The notes beneath the pieces were generated by a model. It made no database searches. It saw only the letters and a list, made by a program, of their open reading frames with translations, and had not been told where the DNA came from. A DNA stretch of 64,000 nt from Ophelia neglecta (lineage: Eukaryota), in NCBI GenBank assembly GCA_965285935.1, contig OZ260665.1:66092001-66156000 (forward strand), written 5' to 3'. Shown piece after piece: positions 52,483 to 64,000 of the stretch (its first letter is position 1; each line of letters begins with the position of its first letter). Both the position numbers and the translations under genes were made by a program.

Positions 52483-55295
52483 GTGAGTATTTTTCTTCTG
52501 GATCAGACTGTGAAGCTTGCTTTCTGAAAATAAGTATTTATCCTCATACTTCTGAATAACTTAGTTTCCTACAACAATATTTACATAAAATTTATTTAAT
52601 TTTAAAGCACATTATTTGTTAGTAGTTATCCTATAAATTTCATGGTCAGAACTGATAGTAGTTCACAGTCCATGTCCTTGCTATCATACATGTAACTTTT
52701 TTGCCTCACTACTTGAATCAGGGGCTCTTGCAAATTTATATGTATACTGCTTACAGCCAAGTTATCCTCTAGTAGTAAGCTGTTCAAATATTCTACCACC
52801 TTCCACAAAGCTATCTTCTTTAGGCAAAGTGGTTAGTTTAAAGTCATTAACTAAAGCCTGGAGATTTAAACAACATATATTGGAGAGAAGGATTTCAGTT
52901 ATCTTTTTTAATTTTTATTTTTCAACTCCTATAAATTCTTTCAATTTTGTCTGTTAGTGCTACATGTTTTTTTTAGACCTATCCTTTAGTAAGCACCATT
53001 GTTAAATATAAATCTGTGTTGGTGTGTGTGGGAAGAATAATTGGCATTGCTGCCATTCCCTGGTAATGGATATTATTGACATGATGTGAAGTCTTCTTGC
53101 TATGTCTGCCTTGCATTATATTTCAGTATTTCTAAGTTTTTTTTAAATATTCATTGGTCTGGGATTTTCTCCCGTTTACTCTACTATTCTCTCAAGAACA
53201 TACACCTATGAATATCTTGTTTTTGTTGGCCAATCCTAACCATTATAGAATGTTGCCTGTACAGCTCTCAAGTCTTGTTTCACTGTATTGCATCTTTACC
53301 TAGTTTTCACCGCCATTTTTATAGAATTATGCTTGCCAACAGGATTGTTAAGGTTGCCATTCTAAATCAGATCAGCTCCATTGTGCCTGCCTTAGCACAC
53401 TTTATATGGCGCCTTTTTGATTGTATTTTCCTTTATAAAAAGCACAGACTTCGTTTCAGAATCAGGCTCTATTCATTCTTGTTGAGAGCAGGTTCCATAA
53501 AACAGACAGTCCCATGAATACTGCTTTACACAGAGTTTTACATAATTTATCAACCAAAGATGTCCTCTTCTCTGAATTACTAACATCCACAGTTTGCATC
53601 GCATATTTCTCCCACTGATATAACAGGTGGACTTTGGTCTGGAGCTCATTGCCAGGATACTGTGCACTACAGCTGGGGGCTGTGTATATAATACTGGTTA
53701 ACAGTGGTTATGTTAGATTCCAGCTAACAGAGTAATGCCCCTGTGGGCAGTGGTCAGCTAAGGGGACCATGATTCACACCTGAGGCACTTGAACAATGTC
53801 TATCAACTCTCCAGGTCTGTGGACAGGTGCCTCAAGTCAGAAAGCTTTGTTTTAATTTAACCAGACTAACTTTTTGAGTATGTAGAAAGTACTGTGGCCT
53901 GAGTTAAGAAATAATTTTTATTGGTGATGAGATAATATAAAGAGTGCCTTTATACAGTGATTTACAGTGTAGGTCCTTCACAGCATGTACTTCCTATGCA
54001 AATTGAGAAATGTATCCCAAAGAGTTATTAATATTGGATATTTAGATAGCAGCCTCCTTCACGAAGGCCACTTGCTGTGTGTGTTGACATGAGCCAAACA
54101 CAGTACAATCTAACATTTAACTCAGCTAGCATGTAGCTAGAGATGTAGGAGCACACATTGGGGGAAAATCACTCAGGGTACATGTAGTAGAGACGGCATG
54201 TCATCATAATGCAAAGTACTCTCTAAATTGTGTGATGTGTTGGTTTCAGTTCCAGTGCAGGACACCCTATGATGGTGGTTGTAACAGCCACTCTGTAACT
54301 CAGTCATCACCAAGATTATTGGGTATTTTTAGGGAGCAGCATGGGAGTAAGACACTGGTTCTGGCTGGGCTGTGGAGAGACTGAGCCTCACGCTCTGTGA
54401 GCTGTCAGAGCAACTGACCACCCCCTCCCCCCCTTGGTGGTGTAGAGCCCTCCCTGGGATGGGATGAGCCGGTAACTGGCTTATTGATCACATTAATCAA
54501 CTGTCAGCCTCCCTCTAGCACAAACCAAGGAGCCGTTACAAGTCTAGCAGTCTGTAGCCTGCCATCTCCTATCTACTTCCTAACCCTGTCATCAGTAGGA
54601 CACTTTCATTGAGGTTCCACATGCAAATGCTTATTGGAATTCATTGATAACCGGGAAATGTTTCCTCTTTTCAAAAGAAAACAGACTGATTAGAGGAAAT
54701 TCTAGGAATCGTCAGTCGCATTTGTCACAGATAGCTGGACGAGAGACTCAGTGGAATTGATAGTGACCATTAGCGGGTCAAAACCTGGAGCACTAGGGTA
54801 GGGAACAGCATGTCTCAGTTCTTCAAAAGCTTTAAATGTCTGTCTTGGTGATATGCTTGGCAGTGGAAGGAGTAAGATATGACCACGGCAATGTGAAGAG
54901 ACAGAGGTGTGGAATTAGACCGCCTGGCAGATGGATTTCTTGTCAAGAGATTCCACATCAATGACAGTTGTAATCAATTCTAGTCCAGTATTGTCCAATC
55001 ATTAGATTGTTTAGATTGATTGAACTGGGAGTACCAGTGCTATGCCCTGTGTCGGTTCAGGACAGTTGTGTATATATTTATAGTGTTCTCAATGCCACCA
55101 CCATGGTATCGTTAAACACATGCCATGATAATGGAGACATTTCACCCATGGTTCCCTAGATGTAATCCAATCAACTTATACAAGTTAGATAATTGTATTC
55201 TAATGAGACAAACGGAAGCCAGGAAACGTTGCTAAACTGTATTATTGATTTATTGGATATGGTATGAACATTAACCCCGGTAAGATAACTCACAA

Positions 55296-55399
55296 TAATA
55301 CCAGATCACTGCTCCATAATACTGGATCACTGCTCCATAATACCAGATCACTGCTCCATAATACCAGATCACTGCTCCATAATACCAGATCACTGCTCC
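55296..55399. repeat. Minisatellite, about 5 x 21 bp (ATAATACCAGATCACTGCTCC)
   Basis: Directly visible. Confidence 0.92.
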
Positions 55400-56347
55400 C
55401 TGTTGGATGTTACTCTTGGCAAGATTCTCTGGGCCAGTTGAATTGGATAAGAGTGGCAATTGGAAGTTAAAGCTTTAAAGTTCTGCCGTCAGAGCATGAT
55501 TGCTAAGCTATACCTATCTTGTGTACATGAACAAGGTTTCAACCTGAACTGTCTCACCGACTTTCACATTAGAGGTGCCTACCAGTAACTCAGTCTGCAT
55601 TCATATGATATTTTGTGTTCAGGCAACAGGTCAACTTTAGAGGAAGTCATTTTCAAAGAAAAAGGAAAAGTCCTCTTCAGGGGAAGTCATCTTCAAAGGA
55701 AAAGGACTAGTCTTCTGCAGGGAAAAAGTCATCTTCAGGGGAAAATACAGATTCTGGGGAAAACTCATATTATGGGGAATTGGCAGTTTCACTTTTATCT
55801 GTCTGCCTTCAAAAGCTGTTCAGCCTTTCTGTACACTTTTTGGAATAGCTTAAATGGTCTTTGTAGTTCTGAATACCTTGTACACATATTATGTGGATAA
55901 AGAGCTGAGGACCTTTTGTCTCTCTGGTCTCTAGCTGATAAGTTTGATGACATGTAAGTATGGTAGACAATAAGTGATTCCTGGTGAATGCAGGGATTCT
56001 CAAACAATTACCAGTTTTCCCCGACACCTACCTACGCACTCAAGGTGAGCATCAGATAGTGGATGTAGGCATTACACAATGGATTATTAGCAATACCTTC
56101 CTACTTAGAACCTGTCATATAATGTGCTTGATAAGCCTAGGCTAATAACCTGGCATTACCTCACTGTCAGCCCAGGTGAACGGTCATTGCCTGGCAATCT
56201 GTGTGCATAAACACAACCATTGAATGGCAGACGACATTGATAAAACTGATTGACAAAAAGGATGGAGTGATTGCTTTTAGCATTGGACTGCTGGAATTAT
56301 TCCCTCAAATAAGGATTTATTGATGACAGAAAACTGAATCTGCCAAG

Positions 56348-56416
56348 ATGAGTGGATCAAAGATTTTTGAGAATTTCCTTTTCAGTTATAACATGACATT
56401 TATCAGGTTCACAAAG
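56348..56416 (+). CDS. Candidate alternative first coding exon of RAPGEF2/6 (MSGSKIFENFLFSYNMTFIRFTK)
   Basis: GCCAAG-ATG start context, upstream in-frame stops, donor AAG|GTTAGT, phase 0 matching exon 59321. Confidence 0.45.
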
Positions 56417-58614
56417 GTTAGTAGTAAATGAAAAAAATATAATTATTTATGGAATGATCTGTTAATCAATGAGAGAGACCATTTTATCTTATTTTCTGGA
56501 TTTTGTGTATGCAGTACCTAGAATATTCTATACTCATCTATTTCTTTATTGTACAATTTCTGTGCTAGTATCAAGTGTTAGGAGTCCATCTCTTGTGCCT
56601 CATATGTCTGCTTGCTTCATCTCAGATTCTATTTTCTGTCCAATTGAATTTGTTTGTGAAATGATGCAGAAAATCTTATTGCTTAGTGCATGGTGTCACA
56701 GGCTTGAAGGAAAAGACTGGGATGAAAGTGCCAACACATATTAGGTTAAGATTAGCCCTAGGCTTGTTTTTATGCTCTGATTATGGTACCTGCTTTAATT
56801 TATGCACATAGTGTGTTAGCTTTCATGTTGGGTTTGGGATTGATGCTTCCCTCTAAAAATGGGAGGTTTGCATGCTAAGTCTCCAGAACCCCTTTGGGAG
56901 GAGGCACCAATCTCCCTCTTTATATGCTGTCAAAAGCTACTAGAGAAATTTAGGGGAAGCTGACCCAGATGTACCCTCTCTAGATCCACCAAGCTGGAAT
57001 CTCATTGTAGGTGAGGGAGAAAGCGCTTAAATACAGTGGTAGAAATTCACCTCTGTCTGGCAGTCAGTTGCACTCAGTGGACCAAAGACAATCAAGGCAA
57101 GAGGGGAATATGCAAGGATTTTTATTGCTGGTTTCCTGGGTGAGATGAGTGTTGCTCAGAGGGTCTCCAGTCCTTGGGCAGTTGACTAGACTGATTTATG
57201 TTACACCAGGGCCAGAGGTGCTTTGGCTACAGACCCTCTCTCAACAGATCACTGGACAAACCTCAGGGAAAAAGGAAACATTTTCAGTCTACTGGGAACC
57301 ATCCTTAATATAACACATACCAATCATCGGTCCAAAAGGAAAGACATTTTAATTGATATCGCCTGCCCACCATTATAACTTTAGTAGTCTAAGGCGCTGC
57401 TAATCATGATGGATGGCAGCTAGTCTAAAATACTCTAGTGTTTTGCAGAGACTGATATGTACTTGGTGTTTTGATTGAGAAATTTAGGAGCAGATTAATC
57501 TTTTTTCCCAGCACACTACCTCTGACATGTGCATTATGTGCCTTTAAAGTGTGCTGTGTGGCCCAGTGTAGATGCGGTTGTTCTCTGCACGGCAGCCAGG
57601 ATGGTGTAATCAAGCTGTATCAATACCCTCCTGTCCTCTTCTCCATTCACTTGACAGCTTTAATTATAACAGGTTTCCAGTATGTGCTGGAAAATGGTGC
57701 TCATCACCCTGAGCCAGGGCATCAATCTTATTAATAATGTACTCCACAAGCAAATAGCTCCTGAGTAAGACTGGGTGTCCTGCAGTAGGCAACAAAACAC
57801 AATTCTGGTATACAAATATATCAAATCTTTCATAATAAGATTCCTGATTTTCTTTGTTCATATTTGTATAATATCTATCACAAAAACATATATTGTTTTG
57901 GTGCTTTTGTCTTGTTAGCCATCATGTTATTTCTATGGGAGACTGGAGGTGAGATTTGTAGTTAGCGGAGGTACGGGAGTGTGGGAGTACATATTGATGA
58001 CAGGTGTGGATCCCATCTGTTGATCTCTCTCCTATTAACTGCAAGTACTAATTAACTCCATAGAACAATGGACATGACCTATTCATTTTCAGTTTTCTGT
58101 CAGAAGGAAGACATGATGTTAATATGTCATACAGACCATTCTGTGACCACCAGCCAGGAACATTATTTTAACAATCCTTCAATACAAGCTTTTTTATCCT
58201 AGCCATGCACCTGCCAGTTTTCAGCAGTTAATGATTATGGCCACTGTTTTGCTTTGCTCAGGGTGTAAATGAAACAATTGTACTAATAATTTAGATTATT
58301 TCAAAAATACTCCACTGAACCTTTCATTAAACACCTCCTGTTATTGAAACCTTTAGGTCAAGTTCTTTATAAAGCATGATAAACATCCATGGTTGCAAGA
58401 TCTTGTTAGTCATTCTTTAAGAAACAAATTTCTTGAGTTGTTTATGCTATTGTACAGTCAATTCAGTGTTAAATTGGTACTCCACATGTTTTAATGCTAT
58501 TGGGAATAACTTTTGACTGTCACATTATTGCATTTCTGTCCCTGTTTATTTCAGAAATTAATGTTAAGATACCATTCTATTTGACCCCTGACTAACCTGA
58601 TTTATTTGATATAT

Positions 58615-59318
58615 TTCATTCCCTGTATATTTGATGTATTACTGGTTCTTGTTTATGTGGCTCATTGTGTCCCATGTATATTTGACTTATTTCATTCCCT
58701 GTATATTTGATGTATTACTGGTTCTTGTTTATTTGGCTCATTGTGTCCCATGTATATTTGACTTATTTAATTCCCTGTATATTTGATGTATTACTGGTTC
58801 TTGTTTATTTGGCTCATTGTGTCCCCTGTATATCATTCCCTGTATATTTGATGTATTACTGGTTCTTGTTTATTTGGCTCATTGTGTCCCATGTATATTT
58901 GACTTATTTAATTCCCTGTATATTTGATGTATTACTGGTTCTTGTTTATTTGGCTCATTGGGTCCCCTGTATATTTGACTTGTTTCATTCCTTTCATTCC
59001 ATGTTTATTTGAGGTATTACTGGTTCTTGTTTATTTGGCTCATTGGGTCCCCTGTATATTTGACTTGTTTCATTCCTTTCATTCCATGTTTATTTGAGGT
59101 ATTACTGGTTCTTGTTTATTTGGCTCATTGGGTCCCCTGTATATTTGACTTGTTTCATTCCTTTCATTCCATGTTTATTTGAGGTATTACTGGTTCTTGT
59201 TTATTTGGCTCATTGCGTCCCCTGTATATTTGACTTGTTTCATTCCTTTCATTCCATGTTTATTTGAGGTATTACTGGTTCTTGTTTATTTGACTCATTG
59301 TGTCCCCTGTATATTTCC
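58615..59318. repeat. Minisatellite, about 9 units of 65-85 bp, abutting the splice acceptor of exon 59321
   Basis: GA(T/G)GTATTACTGGTTCTTGTTTAT recurs at 58633, 58709, 58785, 58850, 58926, 59011, 59096, 59181 and 59266 (periods 76,76,65,76,85,85,85,85). Confidence 0.95.
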
Positions 59319-59320
59319 AG

Positions 59321-59425
59321 TCCCTGATTGTCAGAGACACAGTAAGAGAATGTCTGGAGAAGGATCCCGCAGAACGGACTGAAGATGACATCGAAATATT
59401 ACTGGAATTCATGCAGCATTTACCT
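59321..59425 (+). CDS. RAPGEF2: RAPGEF2/6 coding exon ([35 protein letters not shown])
   Basis: Acceptor tatatttccAG, donor GTGAGT at 59426; 105 nt, phase 0 to 0; highly conserved motif. Confidence 0.96.
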
Positions 59426-60944
59426 GTGAGTATTATAGCCTTAAAGTGGCCTTATTTTAACTGGCATATATACACACAGAGAAAATATAAGTTAGGCTAT
59501 GCTGACTTAATTAAAGTGTTTCTCTTTCTCAGATACGGCCTCAACTCCTCCTTGTACTCCACACATACAACACAGTTTTTTTTATCAACTTGAAATTAAA
59601 AAACTGCCCTCATGGATAAATTAGGCCAGATGATTTGCTTTAAAGGATTTGAGATTTAAATAATCGTGTTCCCTCCCATTTAAGCATAGTCAGTAGTACT
59701 TGAGAAAGCATTTTCACATTAAAATGGAGATGTTAAATGAATAGTAACCTGCCTTACTGTTTTAGCAAAAAAAGAGCTGAGAAATTTCAGGATTATAAAT
59801 CAAATTAGATAAAACAGCATCCACAAATAAAAAGTGTGTATGGAAACAGATTTAGGATAAAAATGCACTTGCCTTGCCTTTTTGATATGATTAGGGCTTG
59901 AGAAACACTTAATTATTTGTATAGCTTTAATAATGGAATAATGCAACGTTGTACCTGATAGAATTGACCTCTGTCTCAAATACAACTTGATCCATCATTT
60001 TATATAACCTTTTTGGGTAAGTCACCATTTTGCCATTGTGTTGGCATTCAGTAAGCAAGTCAATTTGTACTGTGATAGTTATACTCACAATGATGAGTGT
60101 CCAGAATCCTAAGTAGGTGTTATCTGTCAAGTGGGTTTGGTATGGTAATTGAGTAAATGTTGTCCCTCCTATTTGAAGGGTTTGGTAGGCTGTCCTTTGG
60201 GTCATCAACTTCCATCATGGAAGGATGTATAATAAATGACCTAGTGATTACTAGCTCTTTTTCTCTACCACACTTAACATTATGGGATAATCCTGCAGCT
60301 CTCCCCTACACCCAGGCCTTCAGTCATGTTATTAGTGTAACAGATGGATGCCAGCAATCTGTTCAGGCATTTATATGCCTTTGGGAAGGTGAAGATTGCC
60401 TGATTCTCATTAAGCTGAAAGGCCAAGGCAAATATGGCCAATAAATATGATATTATTATATCTTAATTAAGAGGAGCAAAGTGAGATAACTATGATGGTT
60501 TTTGAATTTAAATCTTATACACATAAATAAATTGCTTGGCTTTAATTGTTCTGGCATTCAAATGATGGTAAAAAGTATTTAGCTGTCTTTGGTAATATTT
60601 AATAATACAAAGTAGCTTAGTCATCATTAAAGTGTGCCAAACATGCAACCAGAAGGTAGGCTATGCACACTCTGTAGTAGAATACTGATACTGAGTGTTG
60701 TAACCATTAATGGTGATGTTTGGCTAGGGGGGCTGGAGGACTGCGTTAGACTGTGGGCACTTCTGTCTAGTTAATATCTCCTGAAGTCAGCTCCTTATGG
60801 CACAGACAGCTGGTCCTGTGTTCATCATAACTTAAGTTTGTTGAGGAAAAAAAGCTTTGCAGATTACTAATTCTGATCTTCAGGACTGAGGGAATTATAT
60901 GATCAGAAAGACTAACAGAACCTAGTTGAATAGCAGTAGGCACT

Positions 60945-61172
60945 ATGAAGCATACAGTGACATTTACCATCATGTTTGAGAAGCTCCCGCAGGCCTGCGT
61001 GGTAGTGGGCAGACGACTTCAGCAGGCTCTGGCCGAGCTGTCTGGCAGGACCACACTGGCCACCCACCAAATCGCAGACTATGCCAACGCATTGAATTGT
61101 TTTTGTAGTGGGAAAGCTTTAAACTCTGGAGATTACTTGACTATTAAAGATGGTGGCAAAGGCGTTAAAGAG
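60945..61172 (+). CDS. Candidate alternative first coding exon of RAPGEF2/6 (76 codons)
   Basis: Open, GC3-rich frame resembling the neighbouring true exons; donor GAG|GTACTC; phase 0 matching exon 61357. Confidence 0.4.
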
Positions 61173-61356
61173 GTACTCTTAACAGGCATTTAGGGACATT
61201 TAGACATCCATTATTGGTGAACTGGGTGTCTGTGTACAAGAGATTTGACCAATGTTAAATTATATTAAAAAAGTCATTCAGATAAACAGATGTTTAAAAC
61301 TCAAATAGGCCTAAATTTAATTTCCTTGAGTTTATTGTAATTGTTTGTGTTTGCAG

Positions 61357-61547
61357 GCATTTGCCAACATGACCCTGGCCACACGGCGAGCCCTCTGTGC
61401 CGTCATGGTATTCGCCGTGGTGGAGAAGGCCGGGACCATCGTCATGAATGATGGTGAGGAGCTAGACTCCTGGTCAGTGATACTCAACGGACATGTAGAA
61501 ATAGAAAAACAAGATGGCACCATTGAGCATCTACACATGGGAGACAG
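61357..61547 (+). CDS. RAPGEF2: RAPGEF2/6 coding exon, second cNMP-binding-like domain ([63 protein letters not shown])
   Basis: Acceptor gtgtttgcAG, donor GTGAGT at 61548; 191 nt, phase 0 to 2. Confidence 0.97.
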
Positions 61548-62807
61548 GTGAGTGAGTCAGGAGTCTGAAGTATCACAGTTAAATAAGTGAGATGGGAAAG
61601 AACAACCTTTCCTCCCATCCCCCTGGTCACATTTAAATGTCAAAGCCAAGTTAAATATACATACTTTAATGTGTAGCATATACATGTTATTAACCTAAAG
61701 GATGCAAAAGGTCAGAAAAATACAAAAAGGGGTGTGCATATAGGATATGGAAAATGTCTGGTAAATCTGTTTTTTTTGTTGGAAAAGTCTGTTCCTTACT
61801 ACTATAATTGAGTTCAAAATAGCATTGAAGAAAGATATACATTTTGTGTGAAGCTAGGCTTAGTGTGAACAATGTGATGTATGGAACCATAGCCAATAAC
61901 CAGGTCTGCCCTGCACCCCATGCCATAAACTGGATCCCTAACCCTAACACCAAATGTCAAAATATAATTTAACACCCAATATCTCAACTCTGTATGTAAA
62001 CTCTGGCTCTCCACATCCAATATCTACATACATATATCACTCTCTGTTGAGGTTTTTTACCCCAAATCATCTGGGCAAGGTAGTGAAAAAACTTGCCTTT
62101 TCTTGCACACCACAGGTGGCTGACTGTCAGCTTTTATCCAGGCAATATCATCTGTACTTTCTTCACTTTGGGCCAATTTCCAATCAAGGTTAGCCTTGGG
62201 AGCCTTAAAAACACTGTCATAGACTACTTAGTATGATTAAAAAGAAATAGAATTCTGTCAATGGTAGTAAGGCTCCTGTTTAATATATAATTCATGACAA
62301 TCTTATAATTTATAAATGTAATGCTAAGGACTTCAATGAGTCAAAGAAGCCCATCTTACCATGCAGTCTTATATCTTATAATTAATACATAACACAAACT
62401 ACCTACAATAGCTCCCATCATGCCTTTAGGGTATGTTCTAAAAAGTTAAGGTCTACATTAGATTTCCCGGAGTTTCAGTGTAATCGGTATACACACTGTC
62501 GCTGGATTATAATATGTGTATTAACTGAATTAACTGAAAATGCAATGTTCATATTGTTTCTGCCATTTTTAATCATACAACCAATAGTACGTAAGAAATA
62601 GATTTGAATTAAATTGATTAGAGAGCCCCACTAGGTTCACAAGATGAAATTAAACAAACAAAATTAATGTTTGCCTTTCCTTCTGGGATTTTGTTTCTAC
62701 TAGTAATTTAGATTCTGGTAGTTTCTACTAGGACCAGGGTTAGTTAGAAAGCCCTCGTCTGTATATGAGTTGATTGTGAGTTGGTGTACCCTGACTTGTT
62801 TTTTTAG

Positions 62808-62925
62808 TTTTGGAATCACCCCTACCATGGAGAAGCTGTACCACAAGGGAGTGATGAGAACCAAGATTGATGACTGTCAGTTTGTCTGTATTGCCCAGTC
62901 TGACTATTACAGAATTCTCCATCAG
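62808..62925 (+). CDS. RAPGEF2: RAPGEF2/6 coding exon ([40 protein letters not shown])
   Basis: Acceptor gtttttttAG, donor GTAGGT at 62926; 118 nt, phase 2 to 0. Confidence 0.97.
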
Positions 62926-64000
62926 GTAGGTCCATCTCGCCTGCATGCTATAGGCCTTCTCTCAATCTAACTAAAGGTCAATATATTTAATTTAACTACT
63001 CTGACCACATACTGGTCAGCTTTGATGTTTCATACCATATTTAATAAATTACAGCTCTTAAAAAAAGAATTTTTTTGCATGACTCGACACCTGATTAATA
63101 GGAAATCTGCTAAATGTTTCACAAGATAATTTGCCTGGAGGCATAAAAAAGTCTGGTTCTTTGTAATTTATTGTCTATTGTGAACATGCTTTTCTGAATG
63201 TTCCTTCATAAATATGCAGCATTATAATATACTGCCTGTCATCTCTTAACTGGGTAAGCTCCAGGACTAAAAATTAACCTAAAGCAGTGACAAGTTTATG
63301 GAGAAAGTTACACAAAAATTGCCACTGTACAGCGTAGGCGAAATATGTGACCAAGTTGTGACAGATTTCTAATTTAAAGAAAATGATGGGTAATATACAC
63401 TGGTGTTGATGAGGCAACAGATTGCTGTCAAGACATATTTCACATTCAAACATCCAATATGGCATATTAACTACCATGTGTGGCACTGTCGAGCACTAAG
63501 ACGGCTCTCCATTACAATCACTCTTGATTTTCTAAAATAGATGCCAAGTAACAAATTTAGTATTGGAGCTATTGATAAGGTGGCAATTTGATGTTTGTCA
63601 GAAAACTATTATGTGTTGATTACTGCTAATTATACAAAGAGTTAAAGGTTTCTGTACATATACAGTTTAGGCTAGTGTTTGTTGATGACCAGCCAGACAT
63701 TCTGCTCCAGCTCATAAAATTGTTCAGTAATAATTATGATGAAAATCAGGTTCTGTGTTGAGTCTTCTTACTAACCATAACTTGGTGGGTATCAGATAGA
63801 CAAGGGATCCTGTGTGCTGTCTTGAGGTGCTTACACCAATGTACAGCTGCTCTTCTCAAGGTGCTGTATTGAAACCAGGTTCCCATTGTGTACACACTAG
63901 AACATTGTCTGTGTTTGTACATAGATATACAAGTTAGGAACAGAAACATTTCCTGAGTTTTATATGTAAATGTATAAGGATATTGGACCATGTGCTCTGG

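Larger units (their letters stand above)
14262..62925 (+). other. RAPGEF2: RAPGEF2/6 (PDZ-GEF) gene, partial: 8 coding exons, gene expected to extend beyond the identified exons on both sides
   Basis: Eight AG/GT-bounded exons join in a continuous frame (phases 0-2-2-0-0-0-0-2-0). The spliced peptide matches remembered RAPGEF2/6 and dizzy motifs: [114 protein letters not shown]. Invertebrates typically have one RAPGEF2/6 co-orthologue, so the symbol is approximate. Confidence 0.95.

Noticed and set aside
58707-59382. Hydrophobic ORFs resembling membrane proteins
   Set aside because: Translations of the T-rich minisatellite.

Overview
Eukaryotic, AT-rich, CpG-depleted animal DNA (probably a lophotrochozoan such as a mollusc; this is inferred from sequence style only). 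Most of the window, at least 14262-62925 and probably all of it, lies inside one large + strand gene, a RAPGEF2/RAPGEF6 (PDZ-GEF, Drosophila dizzy) orthologue. Eight phase-compatible GT-AG coding exons (14262-62925) encode the two N-terminal cyclic-nucleotide-binding-like regions; the first exon and the remaining 3' exons were not found in the window. The introns carry several young, CpG-rich insertions with intact target-site duplications (TSDs): a 1.3-kb non-autonomous DNA transposon, a hAT-like MITE nested in a tRNA-derived SINE, a Tc1/pogo-like MITE, and a 2.2-kb Penelope-like retroelement (PLE) fragment. The PLE is the most striking feature. It is a 751-bp-arm near-perfect palindrome with a 4-nt loop, which looks like cDNA fold-back self-priming. 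Its 3' region holds what appears to be a discontinuous type I hammerhead ribozyme whose stem III is split by a 303-nt insert containing intron-like signals. There are also several candidate alternative first exons, a candidate 12-nt microexon, and minisatellites, one MITE-derived and one running into a splice acceptor. All calls were made by eye, with no database searches.
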